Of a DNA stretch of 64,000 nucleotides, positions 25,971 to 40,300 are shown piece by piece. The DNA comes from Azolla caroliniana (Eukaryota; Plantae; Polypodiophyta). Position numbers and translations under genes: made by a program. The stretch is from the NCBI GenBank assembly GCA_043228905.1, contig JBHGNT010000006.1, forward strand, positions 682,001 through 746,000, read 5' to 3'. The first letter of the stretch is position 1. The number at the start of each line of letters is the position of its first letter. The notes beneath the pieces were generated by a model that was given only the letters and a program-made list of their open reading frames with translations, was not told the DNA's origin and did no database searches.

Positions 25971-27870
25971 GTTATTCATGGGCTTCTTCTTAGGAGTTTT
26001 AGAAAGAGGAGCTTCATCTTCCACACCATTACTTTTAAGGGTTTCTTCATGTTGAGAGGGAGGGGAGAGTGTATATTGACCCACTTCTTTCCCAACTTCC
26101 TTCTTGGGTTGTAGGGTTTTGAGGGATTTTACTTCTTATTCTGCTTCTTCTACAACTGATCTATTCTCTTAGGATTGTGAGGAAGGGTTATCATGGTTCT
26201 TCTTGCTTGGGAGAGGGGCACAAGAGGCGGAGAAATAAGGTACTCGAAGTGGAGGAGTTCAAATATGAGAATTGTCGAAAGCTACATCGAAAAAAGGCCC
26301 ACGACTGTCAATCATTAGCTAGGGCTATCAAATTCGAAGAACTTCCTCCTTGATTAATTTCTCCTTTTCCTTGTATTCTTGCATTGTTTATACCCTATGT
26401 AAAAGGCGATTCCTCATTGTAATCAAAATGTGTGTTTTGTTCTCAATTCATTGTTCGTTGTTTTGAAACTTGTTACTTTCAACCTTCATTGATCTCATCA
26501 TATTATTGTGTCAAATGACCGAGAGGAGGATATTGACTCACAATCTCGTGGACATGGATCACTCAAAAATCCATGGACACCCAATAATTCCACAATCATC
26601 CACTGAATCCACAAGTACCCATTAATTCCAAGAGTGCTTGCTTGTTCATTGCATGAGTGCCCCTTTGATTCTATGAGGGCTCATACATTGCACGAGAGCC
26701 CCTTCATTACACAAAGGGAATCCATGAGGGGGGTGGGTTCACAAAGGAATTTTAAGAAGAGAGTAATTTCTTGTATAGCCTCATGATGATTTCTTAATAC
26801 TATGTAGTATCTTTTTTGTGCAAAAAAAAACTATGACCATTCCAAATCCAAAAATTGAGATCTATAAAGAAAGGTTAAGTCACTCAACCCTTCCCACTAC
26901 ATATATCATTGTTCATCTAGATTCTAATGCGCTCATTTAGATTACATGATGATAGAAAATGCTCATATCTAGTACCTTGAAGCGCATGCATGTGCGTGTG
27001 TTGTGCGTGATAATATGCATGAGGCTAGTAGGACCACAACTCTAAGGTTCATTTAACGAGTGATGGACCTTTACAACTTGGCAACTTCGTAGCATGAAGA
27101 AGACCTCAACACCTAAAAATATGACTTGAATGTTGGTTGATTGGAAATCTTTAATGGCTTGGAGGCGTTCAATATTAATAAAAGCTACTTGCATACAAGT
27201 TCTTGCATCTTTGAGATATTCGTTGCATAATGTTAAAATATTATTGTTCTTCCAAGATATTTAAGAAATTGCCCAACATTAAGGGTGAAGGTCAATACAT
27301 ATTCTTTGAAATCACATAGGTTAGAGCTTGTAAATTCCACACTTTGAGAGTGGGGGTAAACTTAAGTGCAACTATAGATTGTTAAGACTTGTCACCTCTT
27401 AATAACATCATATATAGTATGGAGATCTCAAAACTACTTTGTAGGTTATAAAAATCTCCGTGGTTTCCCAAGGTTGGCATAAAGATAGTTACAAATCTTG
27501 GTGATTTAAGGCTAGCTCAATTGGTCATAACATTCTATATGAAGATAGTAACATGAGGTCATATGTTTAAATCCCATATATGACCAAAGTGTTCATTAGA
27601 GAGATTTGCAAAATAAGAGAAACAAGGGTGGTGATTGACCTTTTGAGGTAAAAGATGACCAGATTTAAGCAAGAGGAGTATATAAAGGAGTAGAATATGC
27701 TTAATCAATAAAGGGGAAAGGCAAAATGTCTAGTTAGTTATAGAGAGAGGAACAAGATCAAATTGGGGAGTTTTGTCAAGTTGATAAAAAGATAATACAG
27801 ATTGAATCCTAAGGGATTGGTGGGAAATCATGCAAGGCCAATAGAGTTTATGACAACCATGCACTAGTAG

Positions 27871-27914
<44 letters not shown>

Positions 27915-28053
27915 AGCATTGCAAAGATACGTAAACTCAGCAAGGGTGAAAAATGGGTTAGAGAAGAAGAAAAGAATTATAAGGATGGAAAACCGCTAGA
28001 TTTGTGTGTGATATGAGTGTGTCTCAATACTTGGAATGAGCTGTAATTAATTT

Positions 28054-28535
<482 letters not shown>

Positions 28536-29889
28536 GAGAGAGAGAGAGAGAGAACTCTACCTCTACATGGAGAGAGAAGAATATTCACTTAATATAATTT
28601 AATAAGAGATACATGTGGTTAATATATAGCCACGTTCCTTCAAAATGAAAGAAAGAGAGAGGCTTATTGTGAAATGCTTTTTTATTTGCTTCACAAATTG
28701 GGGTGTAGACTCTAGAGTAAGGTTCAAAGGATTCTTTTTGTGGCAGAGTGACAATGATGTAAGGTGACAATTCTTCATGTTTCTCATATGAGTTGGTTTT
28801 GTGGCTTGGAAGTGAATTTTTAGTAATGGACCCCAAACAAATCCAATATTCATTTGAAAATAGTTTGAGTGGTGTGGATCCAAATTCCATTGTAAGTTAA
28901 TCATGGTGGTGGTGTTTTTCCATTTGTAATGGTGATCGAGGGAGTGCCACTCACACGCACAAACAAGCACACATAGTGCAAGTGACATATAAAGAAAGAA
29001 ATATGAGAGGGACAATGTTTTTCTAATTCACACTTAATAGGAACCAACCCGCAAAAGATGTATGAAGAACCAATGTGACCACTTAACATCCTTGAATATC
29101 CTCATCCAATAAATGGTATTTTGTGCGAGTGAGTGTGAAATGAGCAAGGCCATTGAGATTTTGGATCAAGAGAAACGGTCAAGTCACTGCTACTTTTATA
29201 GTTTACTTGAAACGATGGTGCTATTGAATTGTTTGTGTGCATGTGCATATGGGTAGATGTAAATGTATTTTATTTACATATATAAACATTCCTTTAGTCA
29301 TGAATGATTGTGTATGTGCACGTGTTTATGTGTTCAAATGTATGTGTTGTTTGTGTATAAGATTCAAGCTAAGGATATTGAGGCTTCAAGTTTCCTTTTT
29401 GGATCGAAGGTTCCGGGTGGTTGTTTAAGGGATGTGAAGGGCTTAAGATTTTCTAAGGGTTTAAAAGTCAAAGGAGTTAAGATTTCTAAGCCAAGGTTTA
29501 AGATTCTAGATAAGGGGATTTAGAAGTCATTATTATTTGCACTTTGTGGCAAGTGACAAGTCATCGATAGTAATGAATCACCACTAACACTCTGTCCCAA
29601 ACGACAAATCTTTACTTGCATATGATGCTACCTTATGGTGCTAGAAAATAGATTCTTCAAGGAAGTTCTTCGACTACACAATGTGGTTCAGGGTAGGCAA
29701 AGAAGAGTGTTGAGGCCCTTGTGAGGTTAGAAGGTTTTCGACATATAGGCTAGCATGGGACCATTTGGTTGCCAATGCAACATGCTTGATAGGGAGAGTA
29801 AAATACTAAACCAACCATGACTTAAAACAACTAGAATCACTCAAGTAACGACAAAAAATTTCTCAAGTAACTCTCTAGAAGGTTATATA

Positions 29890-32800
29890 AACCCATGGTT
29901 AGCCTGTCCGCTAGCGTTAGTTCCTCGTTCAACAACATACCCAAGGAGTTTCCAATAGTAGGAAGTAACATGTTGTATTCTAAGGATAATCCCAAAAACA
30001 ACATTGTTACCTTTTTCATGGAATCATCCTGTTGTGCAGCTTTCTCTAGGTTAAAACCATGTGTCCATTTACGCATGAACAACCATGTGTTTCGGACCTG
30101 GCAGGGAGATATTGCTATGAGGTTCGCTGTAGAATCCTTGTCCTCTAGTATGATTCGATAGAAGCCTTTACCAAGCGATTGGACTTCTTTTATACCACGT
30201 AGTTGTGAATGAAATTTAGCTTGCAGCATATCTCGCAACAATCCTTTGTTTGGTTGTGAACCCATCACGCGGCATATGACATCAACAAACTTCCTTCCAA
30301 GATCCTCATTCTGGGGAAAAATGGAATACATATTGAACAACGCATAAAAGTGATCGGCACATCGGGACAATATTTTGCATGCAAAAAGCTTGGTCATTTA
30401 AAAAAGAACTGCCCCACGAGACGCATTAAGGATCCCACCATGGAGACCTTGGAAGGTCGGGACACCATAGGAAATCAGAAACCTCCCCCATCACGCCCTG
30501 ATAAGGTTGTGATGGAATGGCGAGTGGTAGGGAAATCCCATGTCCTACGTCAAACTCCATAGTCACAAAATCCTCCATCGCCAATGAGACTCAATCGTTT
30601 TGATCTACTACAAGAGCTCCCCCCCACAGATGAGCACTCCCCTAGTGCTTTCTTAAGCCCCAAGGAAAGACCCAAGGTGACTCCAAACACACAAGAGAAA
30701 ATCCTCGTTAATGCTTACAAAACAGGGAAGCGGCGAAGGATAAGTCATGTTAAGACCCTAATGCGGAGCTTTAACGGAACTGCACCCAAGGGAGAAACAA
30801 CAAACCAAGGCAGTATTTTGAATATCACACCTTAGATCATAGCCTTCCCACCCATAAGTGAGTGTGATACATCTAGCCAGGACCTTGAACCACACCCACA
30901 AAATGCCCTGAAGTGGCTAGGTATAGGGCATATGATAGTGGACAAAAAAAGGGTACATGTATCGGCGGTACACAAGAATGGAGTACCGACGACCTCAATT
31001 TCTTTTCCACTCTTGCTTCTGGTCCAAGTCCAAGATCAAAGATACCCTATGCAGTCAAGCAGCCTGTTTTGTCACAAAAATAAGAGATGAAGCCCTCATG
31101 AACAAACTAAAGAAGCATTGGAATAACACAAAATTCTGGTGCACCATGGATGAAGAGGAACCTAATCTCTGCCACATCCACCTGCGGATTATCATAGACA
31201 CCCAGCTAACTCCAGGCTTCTTCTATTTCTATGAGAAGTAGGAAGGGACTATTGAAGCTCACCGGATAGCCCACAAACTCCACTCTTGGATTTGGACCAA
31301 CATTCCATCCTTGGAAATGACCGGATGTCTAAATGGTGAGTGCTCCCCACTCACGACTTGTTGTGCCAAGCACCAGGAACAACTGGCAATTTCTCACCCC
31401 ATTCCATGAGTATGAAGATTGTAACATGGAACGTGCAAGGGCTTAGAAGTCAACTAGACCAAAAAAATAGATGGAAACTGAGAAGGGATCTCGAAGAATA
31501 TTTATTAGGGAATGTTGCTGACATCATCATGTTGCAGGAACACCACCTCGATAGGACACAGTTAAAGGAAGTCATAGACCTTCTACTAGGATCATGGCGA
31601 ACAATTTGGGAGCCAGCAATAGGGGAGGATGGAAATCATGGTGGTATTTGCACTTTGATCCGAGAACATCTAGCCCAAGGCTTAATACACCAGGAATCAC
31701 TTATAGCTGGTAGGGCACATTTTTGCACGTTGGCCATCCAAGGGCAACGCTGGAATTTCATGAATGGTTATGCTCCAAATAGCAGAACAAAAAGGGCAAC
31801 ATGTTGGGACCGCATCCACCTACAAGTAGCGGGTGTGAAAGAGTGGTGCATTGGAGGGGATTTAATATGATCGAATCCATTCACGATAGCTCCAACAACA
31901 ACCCCATAGTTCTACAAGGAAGGGAACGTAAACAATGGGAGAAGCTATGTGTACACCTTAACCTGCGAGACATCTGGCATTCTGACAACTTCCAACGAAA
32001 AAGGGATTCTCTCTTATTCTCCCGATCAGACAGGCGGAATAGTGGACCCACCCTATCTCGCATTGACCGCATTTATGTGGGAGAGGCTCTAGAAGCGAAG
32101 GGAGGGTGGTGTCGCATAACTCTAGGCACGACTTTCTTTGACCATTACCCAGTAGTTGGTCATTTTCAATTGCACCGAAAATGGGGCCCATTCCATACTC
32201 GCATCCCACACACTATTTACACATTTATAGAGGTGAAGGAACAACTCCCAACCAATGGTCATTGCCTGTCAATGACTCATCAACATCTAACAAACTTCTA
32301 GCTAAATTAACAAGAGCTTCAACTCTCCTACATGAGATTGTCAAGACCAAAAGCAAGGATGCTAAGGAGAAGCGATAGAGGACAAAACGGGGACTAATAG
32401 CCTTACAATGACTCCAACAGAGATACCCGTCATGTATTTGGATCGCAGGACAAGTCGCCATGGTCAAACATGAACTCAGCATGGCGGAAAAGGAAATATA
32501 TGACATGGAGTTTCATGGAAGCATGGAGCGATGGATTCGAGTTGGGGACAAAACCACGAAGGAATTCTTCCGCTCCAAAGGCCCGAGGCACACTAGAACA
32601 GTGATGCGTAGCCTGAACCGAGAGGATGGAACGACCACTGAGGATGGCGACGAAATGAGGAATATTGCCACAAGTTACTATAACCGCCTACTTATCGAAG
32701 ATACTATGGCTACAAGGGAAGACATAAGAGAAGATATTATCCTCCAAAGCATACCTGAGAAAGTCAGGACGGAAATGAATACATGGCTCGTGCGTCCCCT

Positions 32801-35800
32801 ATCAATCATTGAGATATGGGAGGCCCTCTCTGATTTGGATGCCGATAGTTGCCCTAGAATCAACAGCCTCACCCCGCACTTTTTCACATGCCTTTGGGAC
32901 ACTATTAAAGAAGAACACCTCCAGGCATATGAGGAGATCATCACCTCTAGAAGCATGCCAGAGGTATTTGGACAGGGGATGATACATCTCATTCCTAAAA
33001 GTGGTGGTAGTGCCAACGACATTAGCAAGTGGCGGCCCATAACTCTTCTCTATATTGTCTATAAGTTGCTCGCAAAAATCATGCCACACCATTTAACACC
33101 ACTTCTCCCTGAACTCATTCATCCGTCCCATACAGGTTTCATTAGAAATCAGAGCATCCTAGACAACCTCTTCTCATTCTGGGAAGCAGTAGCCCTTGCC
33201 AAGCGTATAACAAGGCATGCTGGAACTTTCTAGAAAGTGTGATGGGGAAACTCAGCTTTCAAGAGACATGGATCAAAGGCATTGCAGGACTTTATAGGAA
33301 CGACAACAATTGCGTTTCATTGGCAGGTGAAAGGGGCCTCTTTTTTCGAATATCCCGATCTGTATGATGGGGATGCCCACTAGCTCCATCCTTATTTCTA
33401 TTATACGCCGAAGCACTCTCTTGCTTCTCAACTTGCGACATCTCAACCTACGTGGTCTTCCCGTACCTCATTCTCACCACAACATCCTGGATATAGAATT
33501 TGCAGATGACACATCGATCTACCTACAAGGGGACTTGGAAAACCTCCAAAAGCTAGAAAGTGGGTTAGCCGTATTTTGCAAGAGATCCAATGCCATGATC
33601 AATTGGCACAAATCCTGCGCAATATGGCTTTCTCATGAAACACATCCGGCATGGCACCCACATCCCGCTTTCAAATGGATTAATCAAGGAGCGAGCACCA
33701 AATATTTGGGTTTCCAAATTGGTTTCAACATACCGCTGGAGACTATGATTGCACCCGTTATCCATTCCATTTGACAAAAGTTGATACATCGGAGTTCAAA
33801 AAAACTGTTGCTAGCAGGTCGCATCATAGTGGCAAACCAGGTACTACTCGCAACAACATGGTACAATCTATCATGCTGGACAATCTCCAAGGAAAGTATA
33901 CATCAAATTCAACGACTGGTCTGCAACTACATTTGGTTTGGTAAGGAAGACCATGTAACTTGCGCCAAGGTGGCGTAGCCTATACTCACAACGCCTAAGT
34001 TGAGAGGGGGATTGGGTCTTATTAATCCCCTTTCACAATCAAAAGCCTTGCCAAATTTGGGGTGCGAGGACTCCAACTAGGAAATGACTATTGGAAAATG
34101 CTACTACGGTTATGTTTCACTTACTTTAGGCCACGAAAAGGGGTCAATTGGGCCCCCCAAACGGGATGGATCCTAAAAATGGATCTAAAACCTAGTTTCT
34201 CCCGCCAATTAGAGGATAGATTCAGTGCATCCATGTGGAAGGCATGGTGTGACATTAGGCGAGGGCTCAAGTGTGATCAACCGAGTTCCTAACTTGCCTG
34301 GCTCAGTCAACGATGTCGCGAAGATGCGCGTGCATGCGTGCTTCACTTGAACGAGACCACCGGGGAGGAGATTTGCGAAATTGTCGAAAAGATGACGATG
34401 TGTATGTAGGAATCGAGGAAACTAATGTCACACTTGAGAAGATCAAAGATTTTACACTTGAGAAGAAGATAGATTTCAAGAAGAATATTAAGAAGAAGAT
34501 TATATTGATGGTGATGATAATGATATCACATATTGAGCCCCCCCCCCCCCCCCCCCTTACACAAACCCAACTAGAGGCTTTTATAGGTCTCTACATGCTT
34601 GTGACATGCACAAAACCATGGGCTAAAACTATGGTTTTATGCACACAGTTTTGCTTATGACATGCATAAAACCATGGTTTTGTGCACACGGTTTTGTACG
34701 TTTGTTTCCTATGGAATACTGAATATGGGAAGGAAATATACACAATATAAAGCACTTAGTAGTAGCTTTAGTGGTAAGCTAATTGCCTCCTATCTTGGAG
34801 GTGCAAGGTTCAAATCTTATTTGCATCCCTTTGTACGCACTCAATGCTATTAGGCCCTACGATTATTTATTATTGATTTATTTTCATTTTTACAAGTATT
34901 TGTGTAATGTGCGTGGAACCACACTTTTTCACTTTTTCTCCCACTAGACGTGCAACATCACGACAACGTATCCTATGGAACCCATGTATCAAGGATGAAT
35001 CTAATCAACTACTGGGATCACGTAAGGGGTTGTCATGGGGATACATTGCAGAAGGTCCAAGAAAAAGTATAGAATGTTGGCGACGGTTTATGTCATTGCC
35101 ACTACAAGATCAAGCCAACATACTTCATGGAATCTGGGGCGGATGGACTATGAGATCGGAAATCATTAACGCTCTACTGATTAGGGAAACTGCTACTCAA
35201 AGGATGACAATGGAGAAATGGATAGGCCATGAGGAGGAGGGATCTCTGATCCCGAGAGGTAGGGGAACACCAAACAGGATCGAAGGCTCTTAATTGTGAG
35301 ACACTGAGTCACCAACACAGAATAATGCAATTTGAGTACTTGCGTATACTGGTCATAAATGGATTGTAGATCTTGATTTGATCAAAGTACAACCCGATTG
35401 GCATATATGTATTCATGAAAATACATGGTTGCGTAAGGTTAGTTGGGACCCTTTTCAATGGACATGGCATGATCCTTACACGGGGCAAGGAAGCAAACCC
35501 ATCCCTTTCTTGCAATTCACAACTAGATTGGGTTGCCACATTCTAGCTGCTCAAACCGCCCGAGAGCCGGCTGCTGCGAAGGTCTAGCACATATTTCAAG
35601 TTCCTCCCACAATTATCACCAAGTTTTGGTAGAAAATTTGGAAACAATAACACGCGAGGCGAATTACCATGTTCCAATGGCTATTAATACGTAAGTCCCT
35701 ACCGGTGGGAGCATGGCAACGTGGGAACCTTAGGTCTCCTAATTATGTAGAGTGCCCAAATGTAGTAGAATCAATACAACACGCTTTGTGGGACTGCCCA

Positions 35801-36350
35801 ACGTCCCATTGAATATGGCGGGGGGTTTGCCGCTTGTTGCAATTATGCCAGGTGCAAGGCTCAATCAAGTGGGGAAATATATGTTGACTATCATGGCAGA
35901 CCCCAGTTGGCAGATACGAGCATCAAGAGGAGGGGATGACTTTGGTGATAAAAGTACAAGAGGTTTTTTTCTCCACCAACGGCAATGTCCACTCAACTCC
36001 TCTTAATGACAAATCTCAAGTTGTGTTGGAATTGGTCAGCCCAATAACTCTTTGGATTCTATGGTAACAATGGTGTAGACGGGTCTTCACCAACCAAACC
36101 GCGCATCCAACAAGGTTACTGCAAGAGATATGGAGTGATTGTAGCCACTCTAAAGAGCCAATATGATGGCCTCAAGGGCGGATCTGATGGAGTTGAAAGA
36201 CAACGAATAGCCATCATCCAACAATGTTCGTCCTCTCCCTTTCTTGAGTCAGTGGGCATCCACATAAGATGGAACTATCGCGTCCCTACAGGGATTTGTA
36301 CATAATCGTCTCATTTGTAAAAATTTATAACTAATGGAAGGAGTTTTTTT
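29890..36350 (+). mobile_element. L1-like LINE, near full-length and decayed, with an inverted 5' segment
   Basis: ORF1 knuckle FACKKLGHLKKNCP (~30370). ORF2 from 31406: IVTWNVQGL, IIMLQEH, GYAPN, RIDRIY, KWRPITLL, EFADDT, KYLGF. Ends near a TA/TATG simple repeat. Multiple stops and frameshifts. Confidence 0.92.
34290..34942. mobile_element. Unclassified ~650-bp insertion in LINE ORF2
   Basis: Removing it restores the reading CDQPSS-TRRATSRQRILWNP. It contains palindromic AAAACCATGGTTTT repeats and a tRNA-like segment (~34760-34830). Confidence 0.7.
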
Positions 36351-36357
36351 GGATATA

Positions 36358-36393
<36 letters not shown>

Positions 36394-36959
36394 TATCCAT
36401 GGTTAGAAGTGGACTTAAATGAAATTGAACTTAGAAAAGCAAAGGTTGATTTTGATTACATAGGAAAAAGAAACAAAAAAGAAGGAAATGGGGAAAAATC
36501 CTTGAATGAGTGTCGCAAGTCTTCGAGCAAAGACTTTAGTGCCTTGGTGGGCACAAGCCTCCCACATGTTCTCGTGATGCTCTTCATAGTTTACTTTCTT
36601 CTCAAAGTTAAACCTTCGATGTTTGATCTCAAAAATGTTAGGGCCAAACAATAAAGTTGTTATTTGAGATCTCTTTTAGACTAAAACGGGCTTTCCCTCT
36701 TCTCTTTCAATGAGCACTACTTTTTCTTTTGCATGTGTGTGTATTGTTGCCAAAAGTGCACATAGACGGTAGCAAATTTTTCCTTAACAACATGTCCTAC
36801 TACAATCATCGTAGCTTCATTTTCTTCTTCCAAGAGTCTAGATTGATTAATACCAATCCCTAAACCTTTCCTTTAATAGTAGTAAGCGCTTACCATTTAA
36901 CTTAACTTTCATTGTTTTTGTCATTCTTCCCTTCTTGATCAATTCTTCCCTTTGATTTC

Positions 36960-37219
36960 CGAGCCATGTGAAACCTAAGTTTGCCACTTTGTTCCCTTCC
37001 CCCACACCCATGACTCATGTGTGCATAAAAGATCACCTCTCTATTCATAGTTTTGGTGGGCACTAGGAACAATCCTTGTATTACTCATAGAATCATACGT
37101 CTCACCCACTCCCATCATGATAAATAATTAGAAGGTAATATGGCTTTTGGTTAGGAACATTGTTATTGTTGTAATATCTCCCCATTTATCAATATAAGTT
37201 ATTATGTTTGGTATAGTAC

Positions 37220-37276
<57 letters not shown>

Positions 37277-37390
37277 CATATAACAAATAATGCATAACAT
37301 TTAACACATATATCCATCTATCCACTTATGTTTTGCATGAGGATCAACTATCTTGTTTTCAATATCTTCAACATGGTATTAGAGCATATC
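36960..37390 (+). mobile_element. Old Copia LTR/PBS relic
   Basis: ...TTCAACA is followed by TGGTATTAGAGC (tRNA-iMet-type PBS) at ~37374-37385. The left boundary is uncertain. Confidence 0.45.
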
Positions 37391-40300
37391 ATGACGAGTG
37401 TGAACGTGTGAAAGGCCATAAAGTATTCACTAGGTAGAAGGATATATTACGGAATAGGAAATAAAGTTCCCTTAAAAAGGAAGTGATTGTTATATGTAAT
37501 TTACCATGTTTATTTCTTCCATCTTTTCTACCCCTTCCTTCGCATATTTCACACAATTTTAACCATATGTGTATAAGAAAAGATGACTTGTGAGTTGTGT
37601 AATTGTTTAAGTGCATGTTAAATGTTAGTGTGAGTGGATTGGGGTGAAGTTGAATAGTGGGTGTCATGATAATTTAAAGGAAACAATGGATGGTCTGGAT
37701 CCCAACCTAATCCAATAGAGAGTAAGGTATAACAAATTGTAGTAGTGAACTCATTGAGCTTGGGATGTTCAATAAGAGGTAAATGCAAGAGATCTGAGAT
37801 GATAAAACATTATTAAGGCTAGACTTGTGTCCTCTTGGTCAATTATATTCATTTGGATAATTTAATAGTCATATTGCTCTATAACGGTTGTGTAGGTAGT
37901 AGCAATAGGAAGAATAACAACACTTAGTTGGAATGCACCCACCAAAAACCATAATAATTGCAGGTTATTCATCAACATAACCCCTCCATTACTTGTGTCC
38001 GTGAATCCATTCGCTAATTAGGGAATTGGCTAGTATGCATCAATGTGGTCAACCATTATTATGAGAGTGTGGCTACACAGTTGGTGTGTCAAAGAGATCC
38101 ATCAAATCTTCTGTCGTGAAAATTGAAGGAAGACAAAGAGAAGAAGAAATCAAGACCAACAAGATGAATGTGAAAATGTGACGCGCACTCCCTTCTGAAA
38201 AGCTTGATGAAAGAAACTTTGCATATGGAAATGTGAGATGTACTAATATCTTGCACAATATCATAATTATTCATGATAGATTGCTGGATGTGTGGGTCAA
38301 ATCACTAAAGTTCTTAACCAAGAGAGTAGAATGATAAGAAATAACGAAGAATTGATAGTATTGAAACTAATAGACAATTATGCTATAAGTTTTAGTCGTC
38401 ATGTTTGTATCATAGTAGTGTAGAAAACCCTTCCAAAAATTTCATTATCTCCCCCATCTTTTTATGAAGAACTGGATGTCAACTCCAGCAACACATGTAA
38501 CAAATAGTCGCGAAAAATTACGACAATTTGCTGGGCCCAACATAAATGGTTGGCAAAGAGATGAAGCATTAAGGTGAGATGGACATCACAGTGGTGATGT
38601 TTGAAATTTGGGAGCTTCAAGAGGCAACTCGAATCATGTGAGCTATGAGCATGCCATGCTTCATGCATTCAACATCAATGACATTAATAAGTCTATGTGG
38701 TGTGGGTTCGTCTATTGGGTTGAACGAGCCCATAAAAACACGCCAGTCATAATGTCCTCACTTAGTTTGATAATCAAATTTACCAACTTTCAGTGAGGGA
38801 CCAAGTATTTCTTCAACAAGCTAAGGTGGTTATATTCCTTTAGTTATCAACTTGATGACCAAAAGGATTTGGTGTTACTTTTGGAAGACACGAGAAATGG
38901 AAATGAGCTTATCGATTCGTGGAAAGAGGAAATGATTAATCTACCATGAGGCAATTAGACCCACTTGACTAAGACTCATCTACCCCTTAAGGTAAACTTA
39001 AGAAAAGGGAGATTTTCTATTCAATGTTTGCTATCTATCATACAAATAAGTTTTGTAAATCAAGTTGTTGGACATCCGCAACAATAGAAGTATTATTGCC
39101 AATATCTGGTGTCTACTTGTTTCATATCAAAACTATTTTAATTTGTAAATCTCGCTATTTTATGGTAACCCAATTCATATATTATATCATCATTTCCTTC
39201 ATCCCTTGGTGAAGAACCTTGGCATTCCACCCATGCAAGTAACGATCCATTTTGAAGAATCATGACAATCACCCACCAAATGGTTGTGATAATTTGATGG
39301 ATTTGTGTGTGTGTGTGTGTAACTATTAGGGTTTTTGACCAAGAGATTGATTAAAGACAATATAAGCAAGTAGTGTAATGAAACTTATTGGAAGTAATAG
39401 AAAAGTTGTTATGCATGCTTTTTTGTAGTAATCTTTGTATTATAGTTGAAAAAGCTTGCTGCAAAAATATGGTGATATATCCCCACATATAGCCTTGAAT
39501 ACTATATATAATCTAAGGCTCTCTCCAACTTTATAATAGGAAAATGCTCCTCTAATTTAAATTTAAAGGAGGCTCTCTCCAAACCTTACAACACAAGAAA
39601 ATACTCATCTAATTTAAATACTCTCTTATAGTAGCTATAATTAGAATTGTCTATCATGCATGGATGCCCAATCATTGATTGTATTGGACCACCTTTGATA
39701 AGGTTTGATCATGCAACCTTTGTCAATCATACACTTTACCCAATTCAACTAATACTAAATTCTTGTTTCTTTATAAGACAAGTTATTGAACATTAAGGTT
39801 TACTATACTTCATAATCTGTTAAATGGACATGTGCTTTTCTATACAAACACATAAAACCTATTATAATGTTAAATGGAAATGTGCTTGTTTTAGAGGTGG
39901 TTCACATGTGTTCCAAAGGCAACATGACAACACAAAGGGTATTAGGTTTACATCGAAGGCACCCTTGTATCATGCTTGACATGACACACACAAACTGTGT
40001 GGGATAAAAACAAGGTGCAAGACACATTGTGTATTGTCTTGCAATGCAAGATGCTAAGATGACAAAGGAAGCAAGGATAGATTCCAAGAAGAACTTCACT
40101 GCCAATACAACTATGCACAATCTTCAAATTGAGAGGCATTGACAAGGCGCAAGCCACATTGTGTATTGTATTGCAACTTGTATAAATGATTACGTGCTCA
40201 ACTACATGCAAGATGCTAAGATGACAAAGCGAAGGTAGATTTCAAGAGAACTTCATTGCCAACACAATGACACACAACCTTTAAATTTGAGATGAATTGA

